44,843 nucleotides of DNA from Acidimicrobiales bacterium (GTDB taxonomy: Bacteria > Actinomycetota > Acidimicrobiia > Acidimicrobiales > CADCSY01), in contig JBBSLC010000002.1 in NCBI GenBank assembly GCA_038255685.1, positions 1 to 44,843 on the forward strand. Reading direction: 5' to 3'. This document shows, in pieces, positions 1 to 7,680 of this stretch. The notes below the pieces were generated by a model. That model was not told the origin of the DNA and did no database searches. It was given only the letters and a program-made list of their open reading frames with translations. The first letter of the stretch is position 1, and each line of letters opens with the position of its first letter. The position numbers and the translations under genes were made by a program.

Positions 1-60
1 CCCTGGCACGCCGAGCGCCCAGGCGGCGAGGGCGCCGACGAGGACCAGGGGGAGGAGCAT
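1..60 (-). CDS. 5' end of a hypothetical membrane/secreted protein (partial, runs off the window)
   Basis: ATG (complement of 58-60) lies 13 nt after the ABC gene stop. It reads MLLPLVLVGALAAWALGVPG with almost all G/C third positions and a hydrophobic N-terminus. Confidence 0.35.
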   Translation of the reverse strand, partial: MLLPLVLVGALAAWALGVPG

Positions 61-73
61 GACGGGCACGGCG

Positions 74-1492
74 CTAGGAACCCCCTGCGACGTCGCGACG
101 AGAGAACGCTGCTGTCGCTGCACCGGCGACGACGAGTGCGTCGACGACGAGGACCACGCCGGCTTCGACGGGCGCACGCGAGAACGACACGCCCTCCAGG
201 GTGCGACCGGTGGAGGACGCCGCCGCGTTCTCACCGACGAGCCAGCCGGCGCGCCCGGGCCACCACGCACGCATGGTGGGTTCGATGAAGAGCAGGTACG
301 CCAGCACGGCGACGAGTGCAGCGGTGCTGCTGCGGCCGAGCGAGGCGATGGCGGCACCGAGCACCGCGCTGAGCCCGGTCAGCAGCACCCCCCGGCCGAC
401 CGCGCCGAGCGTCGCCAACGTCCACGCCAGGTCCGCCCCCTCCGTCGTCCCCTTCACGAGGATGCCGGGGAGGAGCACGACGACGAGGAGCGCGGCGAGG
501 GCGGCGCCGATGGTCGTGGCCAGCACGCCGCAGGCCATGAACCTGGCGGCGATCGCCCGACCGCGGCGGGGCTCCCAGGTGAGCACGGTCGTGACCGTGC
601 CCGCCTTCCACTCCCCGCCGACGACGAGGGCGCCACCGATCAGCGCACCCATTCCGAGCAGCACCACACCGATGCCGAAGACCGAGTCCTCCTCTGGGTG
701 CCACAGGTCGACCAGCCTGATCGGTGTCGGCTCCGAGCTGGCGAGGTCGCTGACAGGGACCGTCGCGAAGCTCACGACCCCGACGACCACGATCATGAGC
801 ACGCCGAACCCGACGAGCACCCGCACGGCGCGGCGGGCCAGGCACCGGCGCACCTCGGTGCCGAGGAGGGTGGCGACCTGATCACAGGTCTGCGCGACCT
901 CGCTGAGGAGGTGGCTGGAGACCAGCACGGTGCGCCCCTCGTCGGCAAGAGCCCGGAGGAGCAGGCGGATCTCCCGGATGCCGGCGGGGTCCATCCCGTT
1001 GGCGGGCTCGTCGAGGATCAGCAGCGCGGGGTCCTTGAGGAACGCCGCGGCCAGGCCGAGGCGCTGGCGCATCCCGAGGCTGTAGCCCTTCACCAGGTCG
1101 TCGGCCCGCTCGGTGAGGCCCACCCGATCCAGGGCGACCGACACCGCGCTCGCGCCGTGGCCATCGAGCCGGCCCAGGAGGGCGAGGTTGCGCCGCCCGG
1201 TCATGGTCGGGAACAGCTGGGGCGTCTCGATGATCGACCCGACACGTCCGATCACCGTGGGGAGGGCGTCGGGGACGACCGCCCCGAGGACCGCGACCCT
1301 GCCCGCGCTCGGGCGGACGAGGCCGAGGATGCACCGGATGGTGGTCGTCTTCCCCGAACCGTTCGGCCCGAGGAAGCCGAACACGCAGCCCTCGGGCACG
1401 CTGAGGTCGAGCCCGTCGACCGCTACCCGATCGGGCCGTCGCACCCGCCGGTACACCTTGCACAGGCCGGCGACCTCGATCGCCGGGGTCAT
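74..1492 (-). CDS. ABC transporter: ATP-binding domain fused in frame to an ABC-2-type permease (472 aa)
   Basis: Walker A GPNGSGKT, signature YSLGMRQRL, Walker B LLILDEP and H-loop SSH are present. About 13 aa after the H-loop the frame continues without a stop into a multi-TM hydrophobic region. The ATG at 1492 overlaps the upstream stop (ATGA). Confidence 0.85.
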   Translation of the reverse strand: MTPAIEVAGLCKVYRRVRRPDRVAVDGLDLSVPEGCVFGFLGPNGSGKTTTIRCILGLVRPSAGRVAVLGAVVPDALPTVIGRVGSIIETPQLFPTMTGRRNLALLGRLDGHGASAVSVALDRVGLTERADDLVKGYSLGMRQRLGLAAAFLKDPALLILDEPANGMDPAGIREIRLLLRALADEGRTVLVSSHLLSEVAQTCDQVATLLGTEVRRCLARRAVRVLVGFGVLMIVVVGVVSFATVPVSDLASSEPTPIRLVDLWHPEEDSVFGIGVVLLGMGALIGGALVVGGEWKAGTVTTVLTWEPRRGRAIAARFMACGVLATTIGAALAALLVVVLLPGILVKGTTEGADLAWTLATLGAVGRGVLLTGLSAVLGAAIASLGRSSTAALVAVLAYLLFIEPTMRAWWPGRAGWLVGENAAASSTGRTLEGVSFSRAPVEAGVVLVVDALVVAGAATAAFSRRDVAGGS

Positions 1493-2139
1493 CGCACGGT
1501 CCCGGTCGGATCGGCAGGGTCGGCGAACGGCCGTTGCGGGCCGACCTGCTCGTCGAGCTGGCGGTTCAGCGTGAGGATGCGCCCGATCACCGGCAGCGAC
1601 AACAGGTTGACGCCGTGCAGCAGGCCGATGATGAGGACGATCCCCGCCACCCGCGAGACCTCGGACTTCAGCTGCGCACCGTTCACCACCGTGTCCCAGC
1701 TCCGTGGGAGCTCGAAGGTGATCGTGAACAGGATGTAGGCGAGGAAGATCAGGTAGTAGGCGAAGTCGGTCAGGACGATGAAGCTCTTGCCGGTCCGAGG
1801 GTTGGCCCGGAACACATCGGCTGCATAGGCCCTCCCGAAGCGCTTGATGAACGGTCCGAGCCACAGGGCCACACCCACGAGGAACGCCGTGGTGAGCAGC
1901 TCCAAGATCCACCAGTCCATGAGGACCTCTCCTTCTCTGACGTCGATGACGGCGGTCACGACGGCGCCGACGGCGCCGACGATGCTGGCGAGGACCGCAG
2001 CGGCGCGACGGCGCTGGCTGCGCCGCACGCGGTCCTCCTCGATGCTGCGGACGACCCGCGAGAACAGGTCCGGGCTGGCGTGCACCTGGGCGACACCGTC
2101 GCCGAGGGCGTCGCGGAGGAGGTGCTCGACGGTGCTCAC
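1489..2139 (-). CDS. 4-TM membrane protein, possible non-canonical anti-sigma partner
   Basis: The GTG start overlaps the sigma-factor stop (GTGA at 2136-2139) and the stop overlaps the ABC start. It has a short cytoplasmic N-terminus, then four hydrophobic helices, and contains no Cys and no HxxxCxxC motif. Confidence 0.7.
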   Translation of the reverse strand: MSTVEHLLRDALGDGVAQVHASPDLFSRVVRSIEEDRVRRSQRRRAAAVLASIVGAVGAVVTAVIDVREGEVLMDWWILELLTTAFLVGVALWLGPFIKRFGRAYAADVFRANPRTGKSFIVLTDFAYYLIFLAYILFTITFELPRSWDTVVNGAQLKSEVSRVAGIVLIIGLLHGVNLLSLPVIGRILTLNRQLDEQVGPQRPFADPADPTGTVR

Positions 2140-2711
2140 CGGTCGACCTCACCGAGGAGGCGCTCGAGCGACGCCATGCCCCGCTTGAGGTGCGTCTTCA
2201 CCGAGTTCTGGGAGATGCCGAGCGACGACGCGATGTCGGCGATGCCGGTCTCGCCCAGGTGGCGGAGCACCACGCAGTCCCGCTGGCGGTGGGGCAGGGC
2301 GCGCAGCGCCTCCAGCACCCGACGCTGGTCCTCCCGCAGCACCACCTCGTCCTCCGCGGTCGCGAGGTCAACGTCAGCGGGTTGCTGGTGGCGGAGCGAG
2401 ACGAGCCCTCGGCGGTTGTGGTCGCGCGCCAGGTTGAGCACGATCGAGCGCAGGTAGGCGGCAGCACGGTCGGGGTCCTGGATGCGGGCGGCACTGCGAG
2501 CGAGGCGGATGAAGGCCTCCTGCACCAGGTCCTCGGCGGCGTTGCGGTCGTCGACGAACAGGCGGGCCAGCTGCACCAGGCGCTGGCCCTCCTCGTGGAA
2601 GAGGCGGACGACGAGGGCGTCGACGTCGACGACCGCCGCACCGGGGACCACCACCGTCGGCGCCGCGTCGAACGATCCGACGGAGGAGGCGAGCAGGAGA
2701 CCGGTGGCCAT
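2136..2711 (-). CDS. ECF-type RNA polymerase sigma-70 family factor (191 aa)
   Basis: Region 2 reads DLVQEAFIRL and region 4 HTH reads IADIASSLGISQNSVKTHLKRG. I took the start at the ATG (complement of 2709-2711). The upstream part of the 330-aa track ORF is Arg/Pro-rich and non-protein-like. Confidence 0.85.
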   Translation of the reverse strand: MATGLLLASSVGSFDAAPTVVVPGAAVVDVDALVVRLFHEEGQRLVQLARLFVDDRNAAEDLVQEAFIRLARSAARIQDPDRAAAYLRSIVLNLARDHNRRGLVSLRHQQPADVDLATAEDEVVLREDQRRVLEALRALPHRQRDCVVLRHLGETGIADIASSLGISQNSVKTHLKRGMASLERLLGEVDR

Positions 2712-2835
2712 CACCTCGACTGACGGGCACGAGGGCCCGCTCGGGTGACACCACGTGGCGATGAGGTCGCGCACCCGGGAACCCACGTCCACCGGCACCA
2801 CGAGCCACGGGCCCACGAACGAATCGTGACAGGTC

Positions 2836-2851
2836 GGGTGACGTGTCACCC
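2836..2851. promoter_or_regulatory. Inverted repeat GGGTGAC-N2-GTCACCC (candidate operator)
   Basis: The 7-bp arms are perfect. It sits in the divergent sigma / small secreted protein intergenic region. A third GGGTGAC half-site lies at 2743-2749, next to the palindrome CCACGTGG (2751-2758). Confidence 0.3.
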
Positions 2852-2918
2852 GCGATCTGTCCCCGTCCGTCTGTCGAGGTGAGAGCAGCGGGCCACGGCC
2901 CCGACGAGAGGAAGCGAC

Positions 2919-3197
2919 ATGGACAGCAAGCGCAAGATCGCAGTGGGGATCGCCACCACGGCAGTGGGGTTCCTCGCCATGGGTGGGACGGCCTCGGCTG
3001 CCCACACGCACTGCATGGGCCTGCCGAACGGCAACGTCATCGAGGTGGCCGAGGGCTCGACCTCGCAGGCGACGGGAGGGGCTTTCCACAAGTTCCACTT
3101 CAACGTCCACTTCGGGGCGACCAACCACACGGGCTACCTCGGCGACGGCAGCTCCCCGGTGTCGCTCTACAAGGTCGGGACCGCAGACTGCACCTGA
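2919..3197 (+). CDS. Small secreted protein, His-rich, two Cys (92 aa precursor)
   Basis: Signal peptide with a TASA-AH cleavage-like site. The mature part is about 65 aa with Cys near each end and six His (HTHC, HKFHFNVHF, NH). G/C third positions are high and a hairpin follows the stop. Confidence 0.65.
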   Translation: MDSKRKIAVGIATTAVGFLAMGGTASAAHTHCMGLPNGNVIEVAEGSTSQATGGAFHKFHFNVHFGATNHTGYLGDGSSPVSLYKVGTADCT

Positions 3198-3210
3198 CGA
3201 GCCATCCCGT

Positions 3211-3230
3211 CCCCGGGTGGGAACCCGGGG
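3211..3230 (+). terminator. Stem-loop CCCCGGGT-GGGA-ACCCGGGG
   Basis: A perfect 8-bp GC-rich stem with a 4-nt loop lies 14 nt after the stop at 3197. There is no U-tract, which is common in high-GC actinobacteria. Confidence 0.4.
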
Positions 3231-3255
3231 GCGGGGGCGGTCCTAGAGTCTGGGC

Positions 3256-4434
3256 ATGGCCGTCACCGAGGAAGCGCCGGCACCCAAGCGAGAGCGCTGG
3301 ACCGCGCAGTGGCTCGAGCTCTACGACGAGGTGATCACGTCGGGGCTGTGCACCGGGTGCGCGGGCTGCGTGATCGCCTGCCCGCACGACGTCATCGGCT
3401 ACGACCACGCCTCGGGGGGCTACAAGCCGTTCCACCTCGAGGAGGAGCTCGGGCCCGACGACTGCATCCACGGCCAGAAGGGGTGCACGAGCTGCACCCG
3501 GGCGTGCCCTCGCTTCCGGACGTGGGAGGCCGAGGCCGACACGCTGCTGTTCGGGCGTGAGCGCACCCCGGCGGAGGTCTCCGGCATCGGCAAGGACATC
3601 GTCCTCGCCCGGGCCACCGACCCCGCGGTGCACGAGGCCGGCCAGGACGGCGGGCTCGTCTCGGCCATCCTCCTGTGGTCGATGGAGCACGACTACATCG
3701 ACGCCGCGCTGGTGTCGTACCTCGAGGGCGACGGCACGACCTGGAAGGCGAGGCCCGGCGTGGCGCGCACGCCCGACGACATCCGGGCCTCGGCCGGCAG
3801 CCGCTACACGTACTCGGCCAACACCCTCGCCTACGACGAGGCGGTCGAGGGGGGCGCCGAGAAGATCTGCCTCGTGGGCATGGGCTGCCAGTCGAGCTCG
3901 CCGCCGGTGATGAAGGCCCGCAAGATCGGCAAGCTCGCCCGGCGCATCACGCTCAACATCGGTCTCCTGTGCTCGAAGACGTTCGACGACGCCATCTTCG
4001 AGGAGCTCTTCGAGGCGAAGTACGGCTTGAAGAAGCAGGACATGGTCAAGATGAACATCAAGGGCGTCTTCCAGATCTGGATGCGCAACGGCGACTACCA
4101 CGAGGTCCCGCTGAAGGAGTGCCACGCCTGGACCCGAGAGGGCTGCAACAGCTGTCCCGACTTCGCCGCCGAGCACGCCGACATCTCCACAGGCGGCATC
4201 GGCGCGTTCGGTGACTGGACGCTGACGATCGTCCGCACCGACATCGGCCGGGAGATCGTGGACGGCATGCTGCGCGACGGCGTGATCGAGACCCGCCCCG
4301 GCGACGACGACCCCGGCGCCATCCGCCTCATGCAGCAGCTCTCGATCAAGAGCCGCAAGCGCTGGCCGGCCACCGCTGTCGCTGCCCCCGGCCTGGTGCC
4401 ACCCCAGGTGCCCAAGGAAGCCGCACCCGCCTGA
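3256..4434 (+). CDS. Coenzyme F420 hydrogenase/dehydrogenase beta-subunit (FrhB/FdhB) family protein with N-terminal 4Fe-4S ferredoxin motifs
   Basis: Cys clusters CTGCAGCVIACP and CTSCTRACP, followed by FrhB-like N and C regions (GGLVSAILLW, GMGCQ, CNSCPDFAAEHADIS). Confidence 0.75.
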   Translation: MAVTEEAPAPKRERWTAQWLELYDEVITSGLCTGCAGCVIACPHDVIGYDHASGGYKPFHLEEELGPDDCIHGQKGCTSCTRACPRFRTWEAEADTLLFGRERTPAEVSGIGKDIVLARATDPAVHEAGQDGGLVSAILLWSMEHDYIDAALVSYLEGDGTTWKARPGVARTPDDIRASAGSRYTYSANTLAYDEAVEGGAEKICLVGMGCQSSSPPVMKARKIGKLARRITLNIGLLCSKTFDDAIFEELFEAKYGLKKQDMVKMNIKGVFQIWMRNGDYHEVPLKECHAWTREGCNSCPDFAAEHADISTGGIGAFGDWTLTIVRTDIGREIVDGMLRDGVIETRPGDDDPGAIRLMQQLSIKSRKRWPATAVAAPGLVPPQVPKEAAPA

Positions 4435-4480
4435 GGCGCGCCCGAGGCCGTGGCGACGCGTCGGCTCTTATGCTGCCGCC

Positions 4481-5419
4481 ATGCCGGTCGATCCACAGGT
4501 CCAGGTGCTGCTCGACGCGATCGCTGCGTCACCGGCGCCAGCACTCCACGAGCTCGCCCCCGAGGAGGCGCGTGCCCAGTACGACGCCCTGGCGCTCGCC
4601 CGCACGGGCCCCGGTGACGTCGCCACCACGGAGGACCACGTGGTCCCCACGCCCGACGGCGACGTCGTCGTCCGCTCCTACCGTCCCGTCGGAGACGGCA
4701 CCCCGCCGGTCTGCGTCTTCTTCCACGGCGGCGGCTGGGTCATCGGCAACATCGCGAGCCACGACGCCTTGTGCACGGCCCTCGCTGCGCGGTCCGGCGT
4801 CGTCGTCGTCTCCGTCGAGTACCGGCTCGCACCCGAGGCATCCTTCCCGGCCCCGCTCGACGACTGCCTCGCCGCGACCCGCTGGGTCGTCGACCACGCA
4901 GACGAGCTGGGGGTCGACGCCAGCCGCCTCGCCGTCGCCGGCGACTCCGCCGGTGGCAACCTCGCCGCTGCCGTCGCCCTGCGGGCGAGGGACGAGGGCG
5001 GGCCGGCGATCGCCTTCCAGCTGCTCCTCTACCCGGTCGTCGACCACTCCTTCAGCCAGGACAGCTACGACGAGAACGCCACCGGCTACTTCTTGACGGC
5101 GGATGCGATGCGCTGGTTCAGCGCGCACTACCTCGGCGGCGAGGCGCCCGACCACCCCCTCGCTGCGCCACTGCACGCAGACCTCCACGGACTCCCCCCG
5201 GCGCTGGTCCTGACCGCCGAGTACGACCCGCTGCGCGATGAGGGCGAGGCGTACGCAGCACGCCTCATCGACGCCGGCGGCGACGCACGTGCGCACCGCT
5301 ACGACGGCATGGTGCACGGGTTCGTGAGCATGTTCTCGCTGCTCGACCAGGGACAGGTGGCGGTCGACGAGAGCGCCGCCGCCCTCACCGCCGCGCTCTC
5401 GGCGGAGGCCCCGTCGTGA
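4481..5419 (+). CDS. Alpha/beta hydrolase, hormone-sensitive-lipase-type esterase
   Basis: HGGGW oxyanion motif, GDSAGGNLA nucleophile elbow, DPLRDEG and HGF near the C-terminus. Confidence 0.85.
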   Translation: MPVDPQVQVLLDAIAASPAPALHELAPEEARAQYDALALARTGPGDVATTEDHVVPTPDGDVVVRSYRPVGDGTPPVCVFFHGGGWVIGNIASHDALCTALAARSGVVVVSVEYRLAPEASFPAPLDDCLAATRWVVDHADELGVDASRLAVAGDSAGGNLAAAVALRARDEGGPAIAFQLLLYPVVDHSFSQDSYDENATGYFLTADAMRWFSAHYLGGEAPDHPLAAPLHADLHGLPPALVLTAEYDPLRDEGEAYAARLIDAGGDARAHRYDGMVHGFVSMFSLLDQGQVAVDESAAALTAALSAEAPS

Positions 5420-5504
5420 GCACACGACGGAGACGTGACGATGAGACGATCTTGCACTCGTTGTCTCGCTATGGTGTGACAGACCACATCGAGGGGATGA
5501 GCAC

Positions 5505-6737
5505 GTGACAACCACAGAACCGACCACGCCGACGAGCTGGGCCGACGACTACGACATCTTCGACAAGGGCTACGTCGCCGACCCGTTCCCCATCTGGGAC
5601 GACCTCCGGGGCTCGTGCCCGATCTCCCACACGGAGCGGTGGGGAGGATCGTGGCTGCCGACGCGCTACGAGGACGTCTCCGCCATCGCCCACGACACGG
5701 TGCACTTCTCCTCCAAGGAGGTCCTCGTGACCCCCGCTCCCGTGCCCGAGGACGGCCAGGAGCAGGAGATGATCATCCAGCTCGGCGGTGAGGTCGCGGC
5801 CCCGCCCATCACCTCGGACCCGCCCGAGCACCAGTGGGCCCGCCGGCTCATCCTGCCGATGTTCGCCCCCAGGGCAGTCGAGAAGTACGAGCCCATCACG
5901 CGCGAGCTGTGCCGTGAGCTCGTCGCCGAGCTCGTCGCCGCCGGCAAGGGCGACGCCGCCGTCGGGTACTCCCAGCAGATCCCGGTGCGCATCATCGCCA
6001 AGATGCTCGGCATCCCCGAGACGATGTCCGAGACCTTCACCCAGTGGGTGCGGGGTGCGCTCGAGCTCGGTGCCACCGACCCCGAGATCCGCCAGGAGTC
6101 GTTCAAGGAGATCGTCACCTACCTGTTCGAGGAGGTGACGAAGCGCAAGGAGCACCCGGGCGACGACATCCTGTCCGAGCTCCTCGCCGCCGAGGTCGAC
6201 GGCGCACCCGTCCCCGACTTCCACGTGATCGGCACCGGCGTGCTCATCCTCGTCGCCGGCATCGACACGACCTGGTCGGCCATCGGCTCGGCCCTGTGGC
6301 ACCTCGCCACCCACCCCGAGGACCGGCGGCGCCTGGTGGCCGAGCCCGAGATCATGCCCCTCGCCGTCGAGGAGCTGCTGCGGGCCTACTCCCCCGTCAC
6401 CATGGCCCGCCTGGTGAAGGAGGACGTCGAGGTGCAGGGCTGCCCCATGAGGGAGGGTGACCGGGTGCTGCTCAACTTCCCGGCTGCCAACCGTGACCCC
6501 GAAGTGTTCGAGCGCCCCGACGAGGTCATCCTCGACCGGGCCAAGAACCGCCACATCGCCTTCGGCGCCGGCATCCACCGCTGCGCAGGGTCGAACCTCG
6601 CCCGCATGGAGCTCCGCGTCGCCATCGAGGAGTTCCTCGCCGCCGCCCCCGAGTTCTCCCTGGAAGAGGGCGCCGAGGTCACCTGGGCCGGTGGCCAGGT
6701 CCGCGGTCCTCGCTGCCTCCCGGTGGTGTTCGGATGA
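5505..6737 (+). CDS. Cytochrome P450
   Basis: I-helix AGIDTT, EELLR (ExxR) and heme loop FGAGIHRCAGSNLA. GTG start with GAGGGGA upstream. Confidence 0.9.
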   Translation: MTTTEPTTPTSWADDYDIFDKGYVADPFPIWDDLRGSCPISHTERWGGSWLPTRYEDVSAIAHDTVHFSSKEVLVTPAPVPEDGQEQEMIIQLGGEVAAPPITSDPPEHQWARRLILPMFAPRAVEKYEPITRELCRELVAELVAAGKGDAAVGYSQQIPVRIIAKMLGIPETMSETFTQWVRGALELGATDPEIRQESFKEIVTYLFEEVTKRKEHPGDDILSELLAAEVDGAPVPDFHVIGTGVLILVAGIDTTWSAIGSALWHLATHPEDRRRLVAEPEIMPLAVEELLRAYSPVTMARLVKEDVEVQGCPMREGDRVLLNFPAANRDPEVFERPDEVILDRAKNRHIAFGAGIHRCAGSNLARMELRVAIEEFLAAAPEFSLEEGAEVTWAGGQVRGPRCLPVVFG

Positions 6738-6931
6738 AGGTGCGCGTGATCGACGAGAAGTGCCAGGGCCACGGCCGCTGCTATGCCCTCGCTCCCGAGC
6801 TGTTCGAGAGCGACGACCTCGGCAACGCCGTCGTGTGCGGGGACGGCACCGTCGCCCCCGGCCAGGAGGACGACGCCCGCCTGGCGGCCGACAACTGCCC
6901 CGAGTTCGCCATCGAGATCCTCGAGAGCTGA
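6734..6931 (+). CDS. Small ferredoxin (P450 redox partner type)
   Basis: 65 aa with CQGHGRC...CP cluster ligands. Its ATG overlaps the P450 stop (ATGA). Confidence 0.8.
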   Translation: MKVRVIDEKCQGHGRCYALAPELFESDDLGNAVVCGDGTVAPGQEDDARLAADNCPEFAIEILES

Positions 6932-6942
6932 GAGACAGCGTC

Positions 6943-7674
6943 GTGATCGAGCGCCAGATCGAGGTCACGACGCCCGACGGTGAGATGACGACGTTCGTCT
7001 TCTCCCCCGAGCAGGACGGCCCGCACCCCGTGGTGCTCTACCTGATGGACGCACCCGGGATCCGTCCGGCCCTGCGGGACATGGCGTCTCGGCTGGCGAC
7101 CGCCGGCTACTACGTGCTGCTGCCCAACCTGTTCTACCGGGGCGGCCCGTTCCGCGAGCTCGGGAAGAGCGACGAGGACATGCACGCACGCCGCGAGCTC
7201 ATGGGGGTGATCACCCCGACGAACATCGTCCCCGACGCCGAGGCCCTGCTCGCCGTGGCCGCCGAGGACCCAGCCGCTCGCGACGGTGACGTCGGTGCGG
7301 TCGGCTTCTGCATGAGCGGCGGCCTGGTGATCGCGCTCGGACGCGCCCTCCCCGAGCGGGTGGCAGCGGTGGCCTCGATCCACGGCGCGTGGCTTGTGCG
7401 TGACACGCCCGACTCACCCCACGTCGGGCTCGACACGGTGCGCGCCGAGGTGCACCTCGCGTGGGTCGACGGCGATCCCACCGCGCCACCCGAGACCATC
7501 GCGCCGATGCGCGACGCCCTCGACGCGGCCGGCGTGGTCCACACCTTCGACCTCGTCACCGACGCGCAGCACGGCTTCGCTCCGGCGGGCGAGCGCTACG
7601 ACCGCACCGCCTCGGAGCGCCACTGGGAGCGCGTCCACTCGCTGCTCCGCCGCAACCTCCTCACCACCGCCTGA
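6943..7674 (+). CDS. Dienelactone hydrolase family protein
   Basis: GFCMSGG nucleophile motif and alpha/beta hydrolase layout. I took the start at the in-frame GTG at 6943; the upstream part of the 405-aa track ORF overlaps the P450 and ferredoxin genes. Confidence 0.75.
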   Translation: MIERQIEVTTPDGEMTTFVFSPEQDGPHPVVLYLMDAPGIRPALRDMASRLATAGYYVLLPNLFYRGGPFRELGKSDEDMHARRELMGVITPTNIVPDAEALLAVAAEDPAARDGDVGAVGFCMSGGLVIALGRALPERVAAVASIHGAWLVRDTPDSPHVGLDTVRAEVHLAWVDGDPTAPPETIAPMRDALDAAGVVHTFDLVTDAQHGFAPAGERYDRTASERHWERVHSLLRRNLLTTA

Positions 7675-7680
7675 CCAGGG

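Noticed and set aside
59-1738. 559-aa plus-strand ORF, and other very long ORFs antisense to called genes (for example 3100-4176 -, 5469-6968 -, 17997-19646 +, 32042-34342 +, 39917-41332 -).
   Set aside because: Their translations are Arg/Pro/Gly/Asp-rich, low-complexity and carry no motifs. Each lies opposite a gene with clear family motifs and proper third-position G/C bias. These are typical shadow ORFs of a 70% GC genome.
2777-2782. GGGAAC upstream of the small secreted protein gene as an ECF -35 element.
   Set aside because: No CGT-type -10 element occurs at 15-17 nt spacing (the downstream sequence reads CACGAG). This one motif is not enough to call a promoter.
5420-5504. AT-richer P450 upstream region with the imperfect inverted repeat GAGACGA...TCGTTGTCTC and a 12-codon ORF.
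   Set aside because: The repeat is imperfect. The mini-ORF has poor third-position bias and no ribosome-binding site. This is probably just promoter DNA and is not specific enough to call.
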